From: an uncultured Planctomycetaceae bacterium
GTDB lineage: Bacteria > Planctomycetota > Planctomycetia > Pirellulales > PALSA-1355
Reading direction: 5' to 3'
Assembly (NCBI GenBank): GCA_963785305.1
Contig: CAWAUV010000008.1
Coordinates: forward strand, 736,001 to 800,000
Length of the DNA: 64,000 nt
Part shown: positions 63,906 to 64,000 of the stretch, piece by piece
How the letters are laid out: each line of letters begins with the position of its first letter
How positions within the stretch are numbered: position 1 is the first letter of the stretch
Made by a program: the position numbers and the translations under genes
The notes under the pieces: generated by a model
Database searches by the model: none
What the model was told of the DNA's origin: nothing
The model's input: the letters and a program-made list of their open reading frames with translations, nothing else

Positions 63906-64000
63906 CGTTTCCTCGATATTCCAACCGGCGAAAACGCCACCTCTCCCCTGTCGCAACCCGACACGTCAGCGAGGGCTCCGGCTTCGCACCCGCGCCCGGC

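Overview
GC-rich bacterial chromosome segment, most likely from a Planctomycete (inferred from the DUF1559 prepilin-like gene, the short PheT and the gene neighbourhood). Many housekeeping genes are split by single-base frameshifts, which looks like long-read assembly error rather than real gene decay. Core content: cysK; a DUF1559 gene; a flavinylation gene (FMN-binding/4Fe-4S probably fused to ApbE) with an FAD oxidoreductase; an ~11 kb caa3 oxidase + Rieske/cytochrome b operon; EPS genes; a Zn-dehydrogenase and a hexulose-phosphate synthase-like gene; yggS; an M48 protease; a flagellar export/motor operon (flbD-motAB-fliLNOPQR-flhB); and rpmI-rplT-pheS-pheT. There are three accessory regions. 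(1) A 0.9 kb hicAB-only mini-island bounded by tRNA-Phe and its duplicated 3' half. (2) A ~14 kb composite island after tRNA-Asn. It holds DUF2924 and a serine recombinase cut by an IS66 with no target duplication, a truncated tyrosine integrase running into a tRNA-Arg 3' half, and an 8 kb cassette flanked by 161-bp direct repeats of an HTH gene's 3' end. The cassette carries a RelE-like/HTH pair followed by GT2, radical SAM, methyltransferase-NDK-like fusion and ATP-grasp genes. (3) An inserted toxin-like gene with triplicated Hint-like repeats, an N-terminally incomplete Hint domain and a Tgl-like (transglutaminase-fold) C-terminus, plus a putative immunity gene. The cassette operon and the Hint/Tgl gene pair are the best candidates for undescribed systems.
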